From positions 14,594-38,593 of the forward strand of contig NZ_JWJE02000037.1 of the NCBI RefSeq assembly GCF_000812025.2: a DNA stretch of 24,000 nt. The letters run 5' to 3'. This DNA comes from Bacillus thermotolerans. Lineage in GTDB: Bacteria > Bacillota > Bacilli > Bacillales > Domibacillaceae. Numbering within the stretch: position 1 is the stretch's first letter; each line of letters begins with the position of its first letter. Of the stretch, positions 8,617 to 15,566 are shown one piece after another. The position numbers and the translations under genes were made by a program. The notes beneath the pieces were generated by a model. It was not told where the DNA came from. It saw nothing but the letters and a program-made list of their open reading frames with translations, and searched no databases.

Positions 8617-9030
8617 GTGTCTGAAGAAAGGGGCGGCCTTATGACCACGGAAAGTTTCGCGCTAAAAATGTTTGAAGAGATAGGCGGCCTACGAGGAGAT
8701 TTAAAAGAAGTGTCTGCTACGATGAGAGGTATTGATGAAAAGCTGAACCACATGAATGATAAAATCGAGGATGTAAAGCTTATAGCAAAAGGGGCAGCAG
8801 AAACAGCATCGATTGCGAATGATACGGCTAGCAAGTCGCTAAACATGGCTGAAGATAATAAAGAGGATATTGAGCGCCTTTTCGAGAAGTTCCGCGAAAA
8901 AGATAAAGAGAGAAAAGCAGACCGTAAAGAGACATCAGATAAGATTGTGAAATGGGTAGGAATTGTAGTTCCAGCGAGTATCGGGATTACGAGCCTTATT
9001 GTGACGATCATTCTTAACTTTTCCAATTAA
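8617..9030 (+). CDS. XhlA-like lysis-associated membrane protein (coiled coil plus C-terminal TM anchor). The start is ambiguous: TTG 8611, GTG 8617 or ATG 8641.
   Basis: GTG 8617 lies 7 nt after RBS AAAGGGGG. The long charged helical region ends in the hydrophobic segment WVGIVVPASIGITSLIVTIILNF. Its position directly upstream of an XhlB-type holin and an amidase mirrors PBSX xhlA-xhlB-xlyA. Confidence 0.5.
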   Translation: MSEERGGLMTTESFALKMFEEIGGLRGDLKEVSATMRGIDEKLNHMNDKIEDVKLIAKGAAETASIANDTASKSLNMAEDNKEDIERLFEKFREKDKERKADRKETSDKIVKWVGIVVPASIGITSLIVTIILNFSN

Positions 9031-9043
9031 GGAGGACAAATAA

Positions 9044-9283
9044 ATGAATAAAGTCGACACTGGAACGATCGTGCGGACGGTCGTTCTTTTTGTTGCGTTA
9101 ATTAATCAATTATTAGCGGCGTTCGGATACAGCCCTTTGCCTTTTGAGGACCACGAAGTTGAAATGTTTGTTTCAACCTTGGTTACTGCCATCACTTCAA
9201 TTATTGCATGGTGGAAAAACAACAATATTACTTGGAAAGCACGCAAGAATGCTCAGTATTTAAAGAAAGGCGGTCTTGAATAA
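9044..9283 (+). CDS. xhlB: Phage holin, XhlB / SPP1 holin family
   Basis: 79 aa. MNKVDTGTIVRTVVLFVALINQLL...IIAWWKNNNITWKARKN closely parallels my recollection of B. subtilis XhlB ([22 protein letters not shown]...AWFKNNYVT). Two TM segments; RBS AAGGAGGA. Confidence 0.85.
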   Translation: MNKVDTGTIVRTVVLFVALINQLLAAFGYSPLPFEDHEVEMFVSTLVTAITSIIAWWKNNNITWKARKNAQYLKKGGLE

Positions 9284-10062
9284 TGGCTAAAAACATCATT
9301 GTATGTGGACATGGTGCAGGAGATCCGGGCGCAGCGGCCAATGGCATTAATGAACGGGATTTCATCCGCCAAGAACTTGCACCACGAATCAAAAAGTATG
9401 CCGGTTCAGAGGTTGAAATTTATGATATGTCTAAGAACTGCTATAAGGAAACGAAAAGGGGGCGCGGCATTTACTCACTTAAAGACAAAAATGTCATTGA
9501 ATTTCATTTGGATGCGGCATCCAGCAGTGCTAAAGGCGGGCATATTATTTTTGGGTCTGGATTAAAAGCGGATGCTTTGGATGAACGCCTGGCCGGTGTC
9601 ATTAAAAAACACTTTGGCTGGAGAGGCAATAAAGCTTTTCATCCACGAAGCAACCTTTTAAATGCAAACACAGCCAAGCGAATCGGGGTGAATTATCGCC
9701 TCGTGGAAGTTTGTTTTGTAACTAATCCAAGTGAAGTCGCTTATCTAAAGAGAAACATCGACCAGGTCGCGCGTGATTTTGCCTCGGCGATTATCAATAA
9801 AGAGTTAAACACAGCCACATCAGCAAGTGCGACACAAACAACTAAAAAGGAGGAGATAGCAATGTTTTTGCCACCAGAAAGCATGCATGCGTCCGTCAGC
9901 AAAGTGTTGTTGCGTTTTGCCGATAAAAGTGTTCATGGAGATAAAGCAATTGATCTATCATGGCGTGAGCGATATTTAAAGGGAGAGCTAACACAAAATG
10001 AAGCGGTTGGACTGATTTATACGGCTTTAGAACGTGGATTAGTTATCGGAGATAAGAAGTAA
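9283..10062 (+). CDS. Endolysin: N-acetylmuramoyl-L-alanine amidase (Amidase_3 / MurNAc-LAA catalytic domain) with a C-terminal putative cell-wall-binding domain
   Basis: The start overlaps the holin stop (TAATG). The N-terminus IIVCGHGAGDPGAAANGINERDF fits the Amidase_3 zinc-site pattern. A Thr/Ser/Ala linker is followed by a ~65-aa C-terminal domain. Confidence 0.8.
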   Translation: MAKNIIVCGHGAGDPGAAANGINERDFIRQELAPRIKKYAGSEVEIYDMSKNCYKETKRGRGIYSLKDKNVIEFHLDAASSSAKGGHIIFGSGLKADALDERLAGVIKKHFGWRGNKAFHPRSNLLNANTAKRIGVNYRLVEVCFVTNPSEVAYLKRNIDQVARDFASAIINKELNTATSASATQTTKKEEIAMFLPPESMHASVSKVLLRFADKSVHGDKAIDLSWRERYLKGELTQNEAVGLIYTALERGLVIGDKK

Positions 10063-10069
10063 TCAAGGG

Positions 10070-10098
10070 CCCTGCTCTTAGCAGTGGGGCTTATTTAT
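10070..10098 (+). terminator. Probable rho-independent terminator closing the lysis operon
   Basis: CCCTGCT-CTT-AGCAG(T)GG hairpin (7 bp with one bulge) followed by the interrupted T-tract GCTTATTTAT. Confidence 0.4.
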
Positions 10099-10159
10099 GG
10101 AAGTAGAAGAAAAAGGTACCTGAAATTTATAAAAATACCATGCCTGTAGAGGGGAAATG

Positions 10160-10168
10160 TGGTACTAT
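10160..10168 (+). promoter_or_regulatory. Possible extended -10 promoter element (TGgTACTAT) for the TM-GAF cassette
   Basis: TG-n-TACTAT lies ~30 nt upstream of the 10199 start. No convincing -35 is present, which is tolerated by extended -10 promoters. Confidence 0.3.
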
Positions 10169-10198
10169 TTATCTATTACTGATATAGGGGGTGAATGA

Positions 10199-11020
10199 AT
10201 GAATTTTATTACGGAAACACAGACTTTTAACGAATTAGATCAATCACTTTCTAGCCAGGTTGATAACCTCCCTCCGTCATTATTCTTATGGTTGTTATAC
10301 ATTTTAATTATATTTGGTATACTTTATCTGGGGGTAAGGATTTGGAAGGTGCACAAAGCTCCTGGATCGGATTTGATCAAAGAGTACAAAGAAAACTTAG
10401 AGAAGACTATGGATGATTCTATGCAAAAGTCTCAGATATTGACATTGATTGATCAGGTTAGTAAGGAGATACCTTATTTATTAGAATTAAATCGAACAAA
10501 TCAAAAGTCCCAACTAACTGCCCACGGAAGAAAAGTAATGGACATGATAATAGAACAGATTCCATTAACTTTAAAAAGCATGAAGAAAATTAACCACAGG
10601 TGTGCAATTTTCGTGGTAGATGATGAGGATCCTAGTCAATTGAAAATTTTTGAGGGCTGTGGTTTCAGTGTAAAAGGCAAGGAAAAGTTACGTCTTAAAA
10701 TTAGCTCTTCGATAGCAGGAAAAACTTTGTCTAAAGGTGAATATACATATTGTAAGGATGTAACGGAAGACAAAAACTTTCAGAAAAAACCCGAGGCTAC
10801 TAAGACATATTATTCACTATTATGTTGTCCTATAATGTTGAACTCAAGCCCAATAGCGGTTTTGAGCATAGATGGATCAGTGAAGGATTGTTTTTCTGAG
10901 GACGATATAGCTTATTTCCAATTGTTCTCAAACCAACTAGCTATAATTTTCGACGTAGTGGGTAAAGATAATATTGAAGGAGGAGTTTGGTATGAGCAAG
11001 AAATACAGGACGCTAGATGA
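10199..11020 (+). CDS. Membrane-anchored GAF-domain protein (273 aa): acidic N-terminus, one TM helix, helical linker, Cys-rich GAF-like domain
   Basis: RBS AGGGGG lies 8 nt upstream. The TM helix is SLFLWLLYILIIFGILYLGVRIW, followed by KVHK, so the positive-inside rule puts the C-terminus in the cytoplasm. Residues ~100-255 (HRCAIFVVDDE..LKIFEGCGFS..LRLKISSSIAGKTLSKGEYTYCKDVTEDKNFQ..YYSLLCCPIMLNSSPIAVLSIDGS..FSEDDIAYFQLFSNQLAIIF) follow the GAF/GAF_2 consensus layout. GC is ~28-38% by hand count, against ~45-55% in flanking genes. Confidence 0.6.
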   Translation: MNFITETQTFNELDQSLSSQVDNLPPSLFLWLLYILIIFGILYLGVRIWKVHKAPGSDLIKEYKENLEKTMDDSMQKSQILTLIDQVSKEIPYLLELNRTNQKSQLTAHGRKVMDMIIEQIPLTLKSMKKINHRCAIFVVDDEDPSQLKIFEGCGFSVKGKEKLRLKISSSIAGKTLSKGEYTYCKDVTEDKNFQKKPEATKTYYSLLCCPIMLNSSPIAVLSIDGSVKDCFSEDDIAYFQLFSNQLAIIFDVVGKDNIEGGVWYEQEIQDAR

Positions 11021-11162
11021 AGCTAGAAGAGCCTACTTGAACGGAAAGATTACTGCTTTAGAATTTTCATCTTTGATGAAAAAGAATACAATCGCTGACA
11101 ATGAGCGAAAACAAATCCAAAAAAAGTCGAAAAAGATTGAAAGAAAGTTAGCAACAGTTTAA
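10992..11162 (+). CDS. Small basic helical ORF (56 aa: MSKKYRTLDEARRAYLNGKITALEFSSLMKKNTIADNERKQIQKKSKKIERKLATV), overlapping the GAF gene 3' end by 29 nt
   Basis: ATG 10992 lies 7 nt after the strong RBS AAGGAGGA (10977-10984), which is embedded in the upstream gene. The ORF-track start at 10974 lacks an RBS. The ORF ends directly at a strong terminator. Confidence 0.5.
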   Translation: MSKKYRTLDEARRAYLNGKITALEFSSLMKKNTIADNERKQIQKKSKKIERKLATV

Positions 11163-11190
11163 AGTCTGCTTTATCGAGCAGGCTTTTTTA
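11161..11190 (+). terminator. Rho-independent terminator of the TM-GAF/small-ORF unit
   Basis: AAAGTCTGCT-TTATCG-AGCAGGCTTT stem (7 core bp including one G-U, extendable by A-U pairs) followed by TTTTTT. Confidence 0.75.
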
Positions 11191-11251
11191 TTTATAGAAG
11201 GAATTTGTTCATACATAGCGAATAATCACAGTTCATAAAGGAGGAGAGAAC

Positions 11252-11473
11252 ATGTTAGAAGACATCAGAAACAGCAAAGAACTAGAGGAGTACATATTTG
11301 AAAATGATGTGGATCTTCGCCACAAAGGGAGCGGCCTTTCGGTTGCTATTGTGGAACCAACAGAAGAAGGCGAGGAGATGGCAATCATATTGAATGATGG
11401 CACAGAGGTAGAGTTTCCAGCTAATCAGCTGAGTGAATTATTTGAGGCAGCGCCATTAGAAAGAAAGAAATGA
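11252..11473 (+). CDS. Small acidic hypothetical protein (73 aa)
   Basis: Strong RBS AAAGGAGGAG lies 6-7 nt upstream of the ATG. The ORF is Glu/Asp-rich with no recognisable family. It is the last ORF before the rib promoter. Confidence 0.5.
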   Translation: MLEDIRNSKELEEYIFENDVDLRHKGSGLSVAIVEPTEEGEEMAIILNDGTEVEFPANQLSELFEAAPLERKK

Positions 11474-11492
11474 AAAACTTTTCAGCAGTTTT

Positions 11493-11523
11493 AATTGGGG
11501 ACGATGGGGACGAATTGGGGACC
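11493..11523. repeat. Short direct repeats AATTGGGGACGA-TGGGGACGA-ATTGGGGACC. Possible att core or recombinase-binding repeats at the prophage/chromosome junction.
   Basis: TGGGGACGA occurs at 11496-11504 and 11505-11513, and TGGGGACC at 11516-11523. AATTGGGGAC occurs at 11493 and 11513. The repeats are non-coding and lie between the last phage-side ORF and the rib promoter. Confidence 0.5.
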
Positions 11524-11583
11524 AAATTCACCAAAAACGTTTATTTTCCATCGAAATTAATCATAAAGAGAAAGTTAAAAACC

Positions 11584-11613
11584 TTGACACAATCGCATTT
11601 TAAGGGAGATAAT
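11584..11613 (+). promoter_or_regulatory. Sigma-A-type promoter of the rib operon
   Basis: -35 TTGACA (11584-11589), 18-nt spacer, -10 GATAAT (11608-11613). It lies ~20 nt upstream of the FMN riboswitch. Confidence 0.55.
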
Positions 11614-11630
11614 AAGATATAAATTGAATA

Positions 11631-11768
11631 GGATATCCTTCGGGGCAGGGTGAAATTCCCTACCGGCGGTGATGAGCCTGCGCTCTCAGCCCGTGACCCG
11701 CATTCGTTTGCGGTGGATTCGGTGAAATTCCGGAGCCGACAGTGATAGTCTGGATGGGAGAAGGATGA
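11631..11768 (+). promoter_or_regulatory. FMN riboswitch (RFN element) aptamer
   Basis: Near-textbook RFN sequence: GGATATCCTTCGGGGCAGGGTGAAATTCCCTACCGGCGGT...AGCCCGTGACCCG...GCGGTGGATTCGGTGAAATTCCGGAGCCGACAGTGATAGTCTGGATGGGAGAAGGAT. The P1 helix pairs ATCCTTC with GAAGGAT. It sits upstream of ribD, as in B. subtilis. Confidence 0.95.
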
Positions 11769-11820
11769 AGCAGCGCGTTAAAAATAAACGTTTTTAATGC
11801 TTATTTGGCTATGCCTTTTC

Positions 11821-11854
11821 GCCCCGTATATTACATATACGGGGCTTTTCGTTT
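11821..11854 (+). terminator. Riboswitch expression-platform terminator
   Basis: Perfect 11-bp stem GCCCCGTATAT / ATATACGGGGC with a 3-nt loop, followed by TTTTCGTTT. It lies 63 nt upstream of the ribD start. Confidence 0.85.
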
Positions 11855-11917
11855 ACTGGCTGTGAACGCGATTCATGTGGCGAAAATCTTGCTTTTATAA
11901 GGAAGGGATTTGCGAAC

Positions 11918-13006
11918 ATGTTAAAGGAACACTATATGGAGTTAGCCCTGTCACTTGCAGAAGGGGTGAAGGGGCAGACGTCCCCCAACCCGCCTGTCGG
12001 TGCTGTTGTAGTGAAGGATGGACGCATTCTTGGAATGGGCGCTCATCTGAAAGCCGGTACGGCTCACGCGGAGGTGCATGCGCTCTCTGCAGCAGGAGAA
12101 GAGGCGCGCGGCGCGGATATGTATGTTACATTAGAGCCGTGCTCGCATTATGGAAAAACTCCGCCTTGTGCGGACTTAGTAATTGCTTCAGGTATTAAAA
12201 GAGTCTTCATTGCGACTGTCGATCCGAATCCGCAGGTGAGCGGCAGAGGAATCGCAAAGCTGAAGGCAGCCGGCATTGAGGTAGAAACAGGGATCTGCGA
12301 GGAAAGAGCCAATCGCTTATTACAGCCATTTTTTCATTATATCCAGTACAAAACACCATTCGTCACGATGAAAACCGCCGTTACAGCCGACGGCAAAACC
12401 GCTGCTTACACAGGCCATAGCCGGTGGATCACCAGTGAACCGGCGAGAGAGGATGTGCATCGTCTCCGCAATGAGCATGACGCTATTCTGGTCGGTGTAA
12501 ACACCGTGCTTCAAGATAACCCACTCCTTACCACCCGTTTGCCCCACGGAGGAAAACACCCCATTCGAGTTATTTTAGATACTCATTTACGTACACCCGT
12601 GACTGCCAGAGTCATTGAGAACAAAGAGGCAGATACCATGATTATTTGCGGCAAAGATGCGTCTGAGGAAAGAGAAGAGGCACTGTTGCAGAAGGGAGCT
12701 GACATTATTCGTCTGGAAACTCCCGAGATTGCTATTCCTCTTTTATTAGAGACATTAGGAGAAGAAGGCATTATGACGCTCCTCGTTGAAGGCGGCGGAG
12801 AGGTGAATGCATCCTTTCTCCAAGAGAAAGCCTTCCAGCAAATGATCATTTACGTGGCGCCTAAGCTAATTGGCGGCAAAACCGCTCCTACCTTCTTTGG
12901 CGGAGAAGGCTTTGCGGCCATGGATGAATCGGTCCAGCTGTCATTTGACAAGATAGAAATGATTGGACCAGACGTGAAAATTACAGCTTCACAGAAGGAA
13001 GGATGA
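11918..13006 (+). CDS. ribD: Bifunctional diaminohydroxyphosphoribosylaminopyrimidine deaminase / 5-amino-6-(5-phosphoribosylamino)uracil reductase
   Basis: 362 aa, collinear with B. subtilis RibD(G). It carries the CMP/dCMP deaminase zinc motif HAEVHAL...TLEPCSHYGKTPPC and a C-terminal reductase domain. Confidence 0.95.
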   Translation: MLKEHYMELALSLAEGVKGQTSPNPPVGAVVVKDGRILGMGAHLKAGTAHAEVHALSAAGEEARGADMYVTLEPCSHYGKTPPCADLVIASGIKRVFIATVDPNPQVSGRGIAKLKAAGIEVETGICEERANRLLQPFFHYIQYKTPFVTMKTAVTADGKTAAYTGHSRWITSEPAREDVHRLRNEHDAILVGVNTVLQDNPLLTTRLPHGGKHPIRVILDTHLRTPVTARVIENKEADTMIICGKDASEEREEALLQKGADIIRLETPEIAIPLLLETLGEEGIMTLLVEGGGEVNASFLQEKAFQQMIIYVAPKLIGGKTAPTFFGGEGFAAMDESVQLSFDKIEMIGPDVKITASQKEG

Positions 13007-13010
13007 GACC

Positions 13011-13658
13011 ATGTTCACTGGGATTATCGAAGAAATTGGGACAGTGAAGGAAGTCATGCCTGCCACCGAGTCTCTCGAATTGGTCATTGCGGCCTCTAAA
13101 GTGCTTGAGGATGTTCATCTTGGGGATAGTATCGCCATCAACGGCGTGTGCTTAACTGTCACAAGCTTCACAGAAGATGCCTTCACCGCAGATGTTATGC
13201 CAGAAACCTTTCACTCCACTTCACTAAGCAAAGTAAGACGCGGGTCGAAAGTGAACTTAGAGCGGGCTATGTCCGCCAACGGCCGCTTTGGAGGGCATTT
13301 CGTATCAGGCCATGTGGACGGCGTAGGAACGGTTTCAGGCAAGAGGCAGGTGGAAAATGCTCTGTATATGGATATCACGTATCCATCAGAATGTGCTTCT
13401 TATTTAATGCCAAAAGGGTCAGTCGCACTCGACGGCACCTCGCTGACGATTTTCGGCGTAAACGAGAAGGAGTTAACGATTTCACTCATTCCTCATACGC
13501 AGGAAGAAACAATATTGGCACAAAAGGCGATCGGGGAGCCGGTGAATATCGAATGTGACATGCTGGCAAAGTATGTCGAGCGGATGGTAAATCGTCAACC
13601 TGAAAAGCCTTCCTCGAATATCACGATGGAACTGCTTGAAAGAAACGGCTTTGCATAA
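13011..13658 (+). CDS. ribE: Riboflavin synthase (alpha chain)
   Basis: 215 aa. It starts MFTGIIEEIGT and has the duplicated lumazine-binding fold motifs (GDSIAINGVCLTV / GSVALDGTSLTI). Confidence 0.95.
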   Translation: MFTGIIEEIGTVKEVMPATESLELVIAASKVLEDVHLGDSIAINGVCLTVTSFTEDAFTADVMPETFHSTSLSKVRRGSKVNLERAMSANGRFGGHFVSGHVDGVGTVSGKRQVENALYMDITYPSECASYLMPKGSVALDGTSLTIFGVNEKELTISLIPHTQEETILAQKAIGEPVNIECDMLAKYVERMVNRQPEKPSSNITMELLERNGFA

Positions 13659-13680
13659 TTAAGGATACGGGGTGAAGACA

Positions 13681-14874
13681 ATGTTTGCATCAATAGAAGA
13701 AGCATTAGAAGACTTGAAACAAGGAAAAGTTGTAATTGTAGTGGATGATGAAGACCGTGAGAACGAAGGCGATTTCATTGGGCTGGCAGATTTAGCGGAT
13801 GCCGAGATGGTGAACTTTATGGCAAGAGAGGGGCGCGGCCTCATTTGTGTACCAATTGAAGAAGAGAAAGCTGAACAGCTCAGCTTGGATATGATGGTGA
13901 GCCATAATACGGATAGCCATGGGACAGCCTTTACGGTGAGCGTTGATCACATCTCTACTCATACAGGCATTAGCGCGTATGAGCGGGCTGCAACGATTCG
14001 GGAGATGATGCATAAAGACGCCGTTCCATCTGATTTTAAACGTCCGGGTCACATCTTCCCGCTGATCGCGAAAGAAGGCGGTGTATTAAAAAGAGCCGGC
14101 CATACGGAAGCAGCGGTTGATTTAGCAAAGCTTGCTGGATACCAAGGAGCCGGTGTCATTTGTGAAATCATGAAAGAGGACGGAACAATGGCGCGTCTGC
14201 CGGACTTAGTTGAACTAGCGGAGAAGCTGGATTTAAAAGTGATCACCATTCAGCATTTAATCGAATATCGCCGAAATAAAGAGGAGCTGGTCAACCGGGA
14301 AGTAGAGATTCAGCTGCCGACGGAGTACGGTGATTTCAGAGCGGTAGGTTACACGGAGAAATTAACAGGGAAAGAGCATGTAGCGCTCATTAAAGGTGAA
14401 GTCAACGATGGTGAGCCGGTTCTTGTCCGCGTACATTCGGAATGCTTAACAGGAGATGTGTTCGGTTCCAATCGCTGTGACTGCGGTCCGCAGCTGCATG
14501 CGGCTCTTATGCAAATTGAGAAAGAGGGCCGGGGCGTGCTTCTTTATATGCGTCAGGAAGGCCGTGGAATCGGTCTGATTAACAAAATGAAAGCCTATAA
14601 GCTGCAAGAGCAAGGATACGATACAGTAGAGGCGAATGAACAGCTTGGCTTTGCGGATGACTTGCGCGATTACGGCATCGGAGCGCAAATCCTGCGCGAC
14701 CTCGGCATTCAAGAGATGCGACTGTTAACTAACAACCCGCGCAAAATTACGGGGTTGAAAGGGCACGGCCTGGAGGTTGTCGAGCGCGTGCCGATTGAAA
14801 TGCCGGCGAAAGAGGAGAACCGCCGTTATTTAGAAACAAAAATAGAAAAGCTGGGTCATTACCTGCATATTTAA
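13681..14874 (+). CDS. ribBA: Bifunctional 3,4-dihydroxy-2-butanone-4-phosphate synthase / GTP cyclohydrolase II
   Basis: Collinear with B. subtilis RibA ([25 protein letters not shown] ... [20 protein letters not shown]). ATG 13681 matches the B. subtilis N-terminus. The ORF-track GTG at 13672 is probably 3 codons too early. Confidence 0.95.
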   Translation: MFASIEEALEDLKQGKVVIVVDDEDRENEGDFIGLADLADAEMVNFMAREGRGLICVPIEEEKAEQLSLDMMVSHNTDSHGTAFTVSVDHISTHTGISAYERAATIREMMHKDAVPSDFKRPGHIFPLIAKEGGVLKRAGHTEAAVDLAKLAGYQGAGVICEIMKEDGTMARLPDLVELAEKLDLKVITIQHLIEYRRNKEELVNREVEIQLPTEYGDFRAVGYTEKLTGKEHVALIKGEVNDGEPVLVRVHSECLTGDVFGSNRCDCGPQLHAALMQIEKEGRGVLLYMRQEGRGIGLINKMKAYKLQEQGYDTVEANEQLGFADDLRDYGIGAQILRDLGIQEMRLLTNNPRKITGLKGHGLEVVERVPIEMPAKEENRRYLETKIEKLGHYLHI

Positions 14875-14889
14875 TGAGGAGGAAGAAGG

Positions 14890-15360
14890 ATGAGTCGTAC
14901 ATTTGAAGGGAATTTAATCGGAACAGGTTTAAAAATAGGAATCGTTGTTGCCCGTTTTAACGAATTTATTAACAGCAAACTGTTAAGCGGTGCAGAAGAT
15001 ACACTTCGCCGCCATGGCGTGGAGGAAGAGAATGTAGAAGTCGCTTGGGTGCCGGGTGCTTTTGAAATTCCTTTGATTGCAAAGAAAATGGCGAATAGCG
15101 GAAAATACGACGCAGTTATTACACTAGGAACGGTTATCCGCGGTGCAACTGCTCACTTTGATTACGTAAGCAGCGAAGCGACAAAAGGTGTAGCTCAAGC
15201 TAGCATGGAAGCTGGCATTCCTGTCGTGTTTGGTGTATTAACAACAGATACAATTGAGCAAGCAATTGAGCGTGCGGGTACAAAAGCTGGCAATAAAGGA
15301 GCAGAAGCTGCTGTGACAGCGATTGAAATGGCGAATTTAATCAGAGCGATCGAAGGCTAA
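14890..15360 (+). CDS. ribH: 6,7-dimethyl-8-ribityllumazine synthase
   Basis: 156 aa, with high similarity to B. subtilis RibH ([27 protein letters not shown]...[15 protein letters not shown]). Confidence 0.95.
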   Translation: MSRTFEGNLIGTGLKIGIVVARFNEFINSKLLSGAEDTLRRHGVEEENVEVAWVPGAFEIPLIAKKMANSGKYDAVITLGTVIRGATAHFDYVSSEATKGVAQASMEAGIPVVFGVLTTDTIEQAIERAGTKAGNKGAEAAVTAIEMANLIRAIEG

Positions 15361-15388
15361 TTCGCAGAAGCTGAATGAGTGTGTTAAG

Positions 15389-15420
15389 AAAACCGGCCAA
15401 CCGAAAGGGGCCGGTTTTTT
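15389..15420 (+). terminator. Rho-independent terminator of the rib operon
   Basis: AAAACCGGCC..CCGAAAGG..GGCCGGTTTTTT: a GC-rich stem followed by a T6 tract. Confidence 0.85.
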
Positions 15421-15468
15421 GATGTGAAAGGTGAGAGCAGAGTGCATTCTCTATGTTGTCATCAAAGT

Positions 15469-15497
15469 TGTTTCTTCAAATTCACTTTGATACAATA
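15469..15497 (+). promoter_or_regulatory. Probable sigma-A promoter of the permease gene
   Basis: -35 TTGTTT (15469-15474), 17-nt spacer, -10 TACAAT (15492-15497) preceded by TG (extended -10). Confidence 0.45.
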
Positions 15498-15566
15498 CCT
15501 TTTGTGGCTGAACCGAATGAATCGGGGAAGCGGGTGGGAGAGGGATGTAAAAGAGGTATATGCCTA

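Larger units (their letters stand above)
1..11473 (+). mobile_element. Right arm of an integrated siphovirus-type prophage (tail, tail-tip, lysis and moron genes). The left part lies outside the window. The right boundary is somewhere in 11163-11583.
   Basis: A co-directional block of recognisable phage genes (tape measure, Dit, BppU-like, Tal, holin, amidase) stops just before the housekeeping rib operon. The order tail -> lysis -> morons -> att is the canonical right end of temperate Firmicute phages. Confidence 0.8.

Noticed and set aside
8592-9026. 144-aa ORF antisense to the XhlA-like gene
   Set aside because: It is a mirror ORF of a low-complexity coiled-coil gene. It has no RBS, opposes the direction of the whole phage operon, and gives a Ser/Phe/Ile-rich nonsense-like composition.
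10098-10160. Scattered GGTAC(C/T)/TACC motifs upstream of the TM-GAF gene as a possible operator
   Set aside because: The motifs are only 4-6 nt, with irregular spacing and no convincing dyad symmetry. That is too weak to call a regulatory site.
11776-11800. A/T-only hairpin (TTAAAAA-TAAACG-TTTTTAA) between the FMN aptamer and its terminator
   Set aside because: A 7-bp all-A/U stem is thermodynamically marginal. It is probably part of the expression-platform spacer rather than an independent element.
11875-12198. 107-aa ORF overlapping the start of ribD in another frame
   Set aside because: It is Cys/Arg/Gly-rich out-of-frame read-through of ribD. It starts inside the riboswitch-to-ribD spacer without an RBS, and ribD explains the region.
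13148-13558. 136-aa ORF inside ribE (alternate frame), and similar internal or antisense ORFs at 9299-9565, 12320-12849, 13659-14712, 15590-16762, 17302-18044, 18288-19128, 19406-19813, 19892-20465, 20560-20814, 21065-21514, 22729-22985, 1722-1919, 2854-3093, 5794-5976 and 7491-7754
   Set aside because: All lie within, or antisense to, confidently identified genes. They lack RBSs and have Arg/Ser/Cys-rich or otherwise atypical compositions.
15361-15452. Absence of ribT after ribH (present in the B. subtilis rib operon)
   Set aside because: The operon ends in a strong terminator right after ribH. ribT is not universally linked to the operon in Bacillaceae, so this is ordinary variation rather than a finding.
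15453-15566. 38-codon N-terminal extension of the permease ORF, and a possible purine riboswitch in the leader
   Set aside because: The extension overlaps the predicted promoter and has no RBS, while ATG 15567 has one and matches family N-termini. I looked for the G-box/purine riboswitch core (as upstream of B. subtilis pbuG) in 15421-15566 and did not see it.
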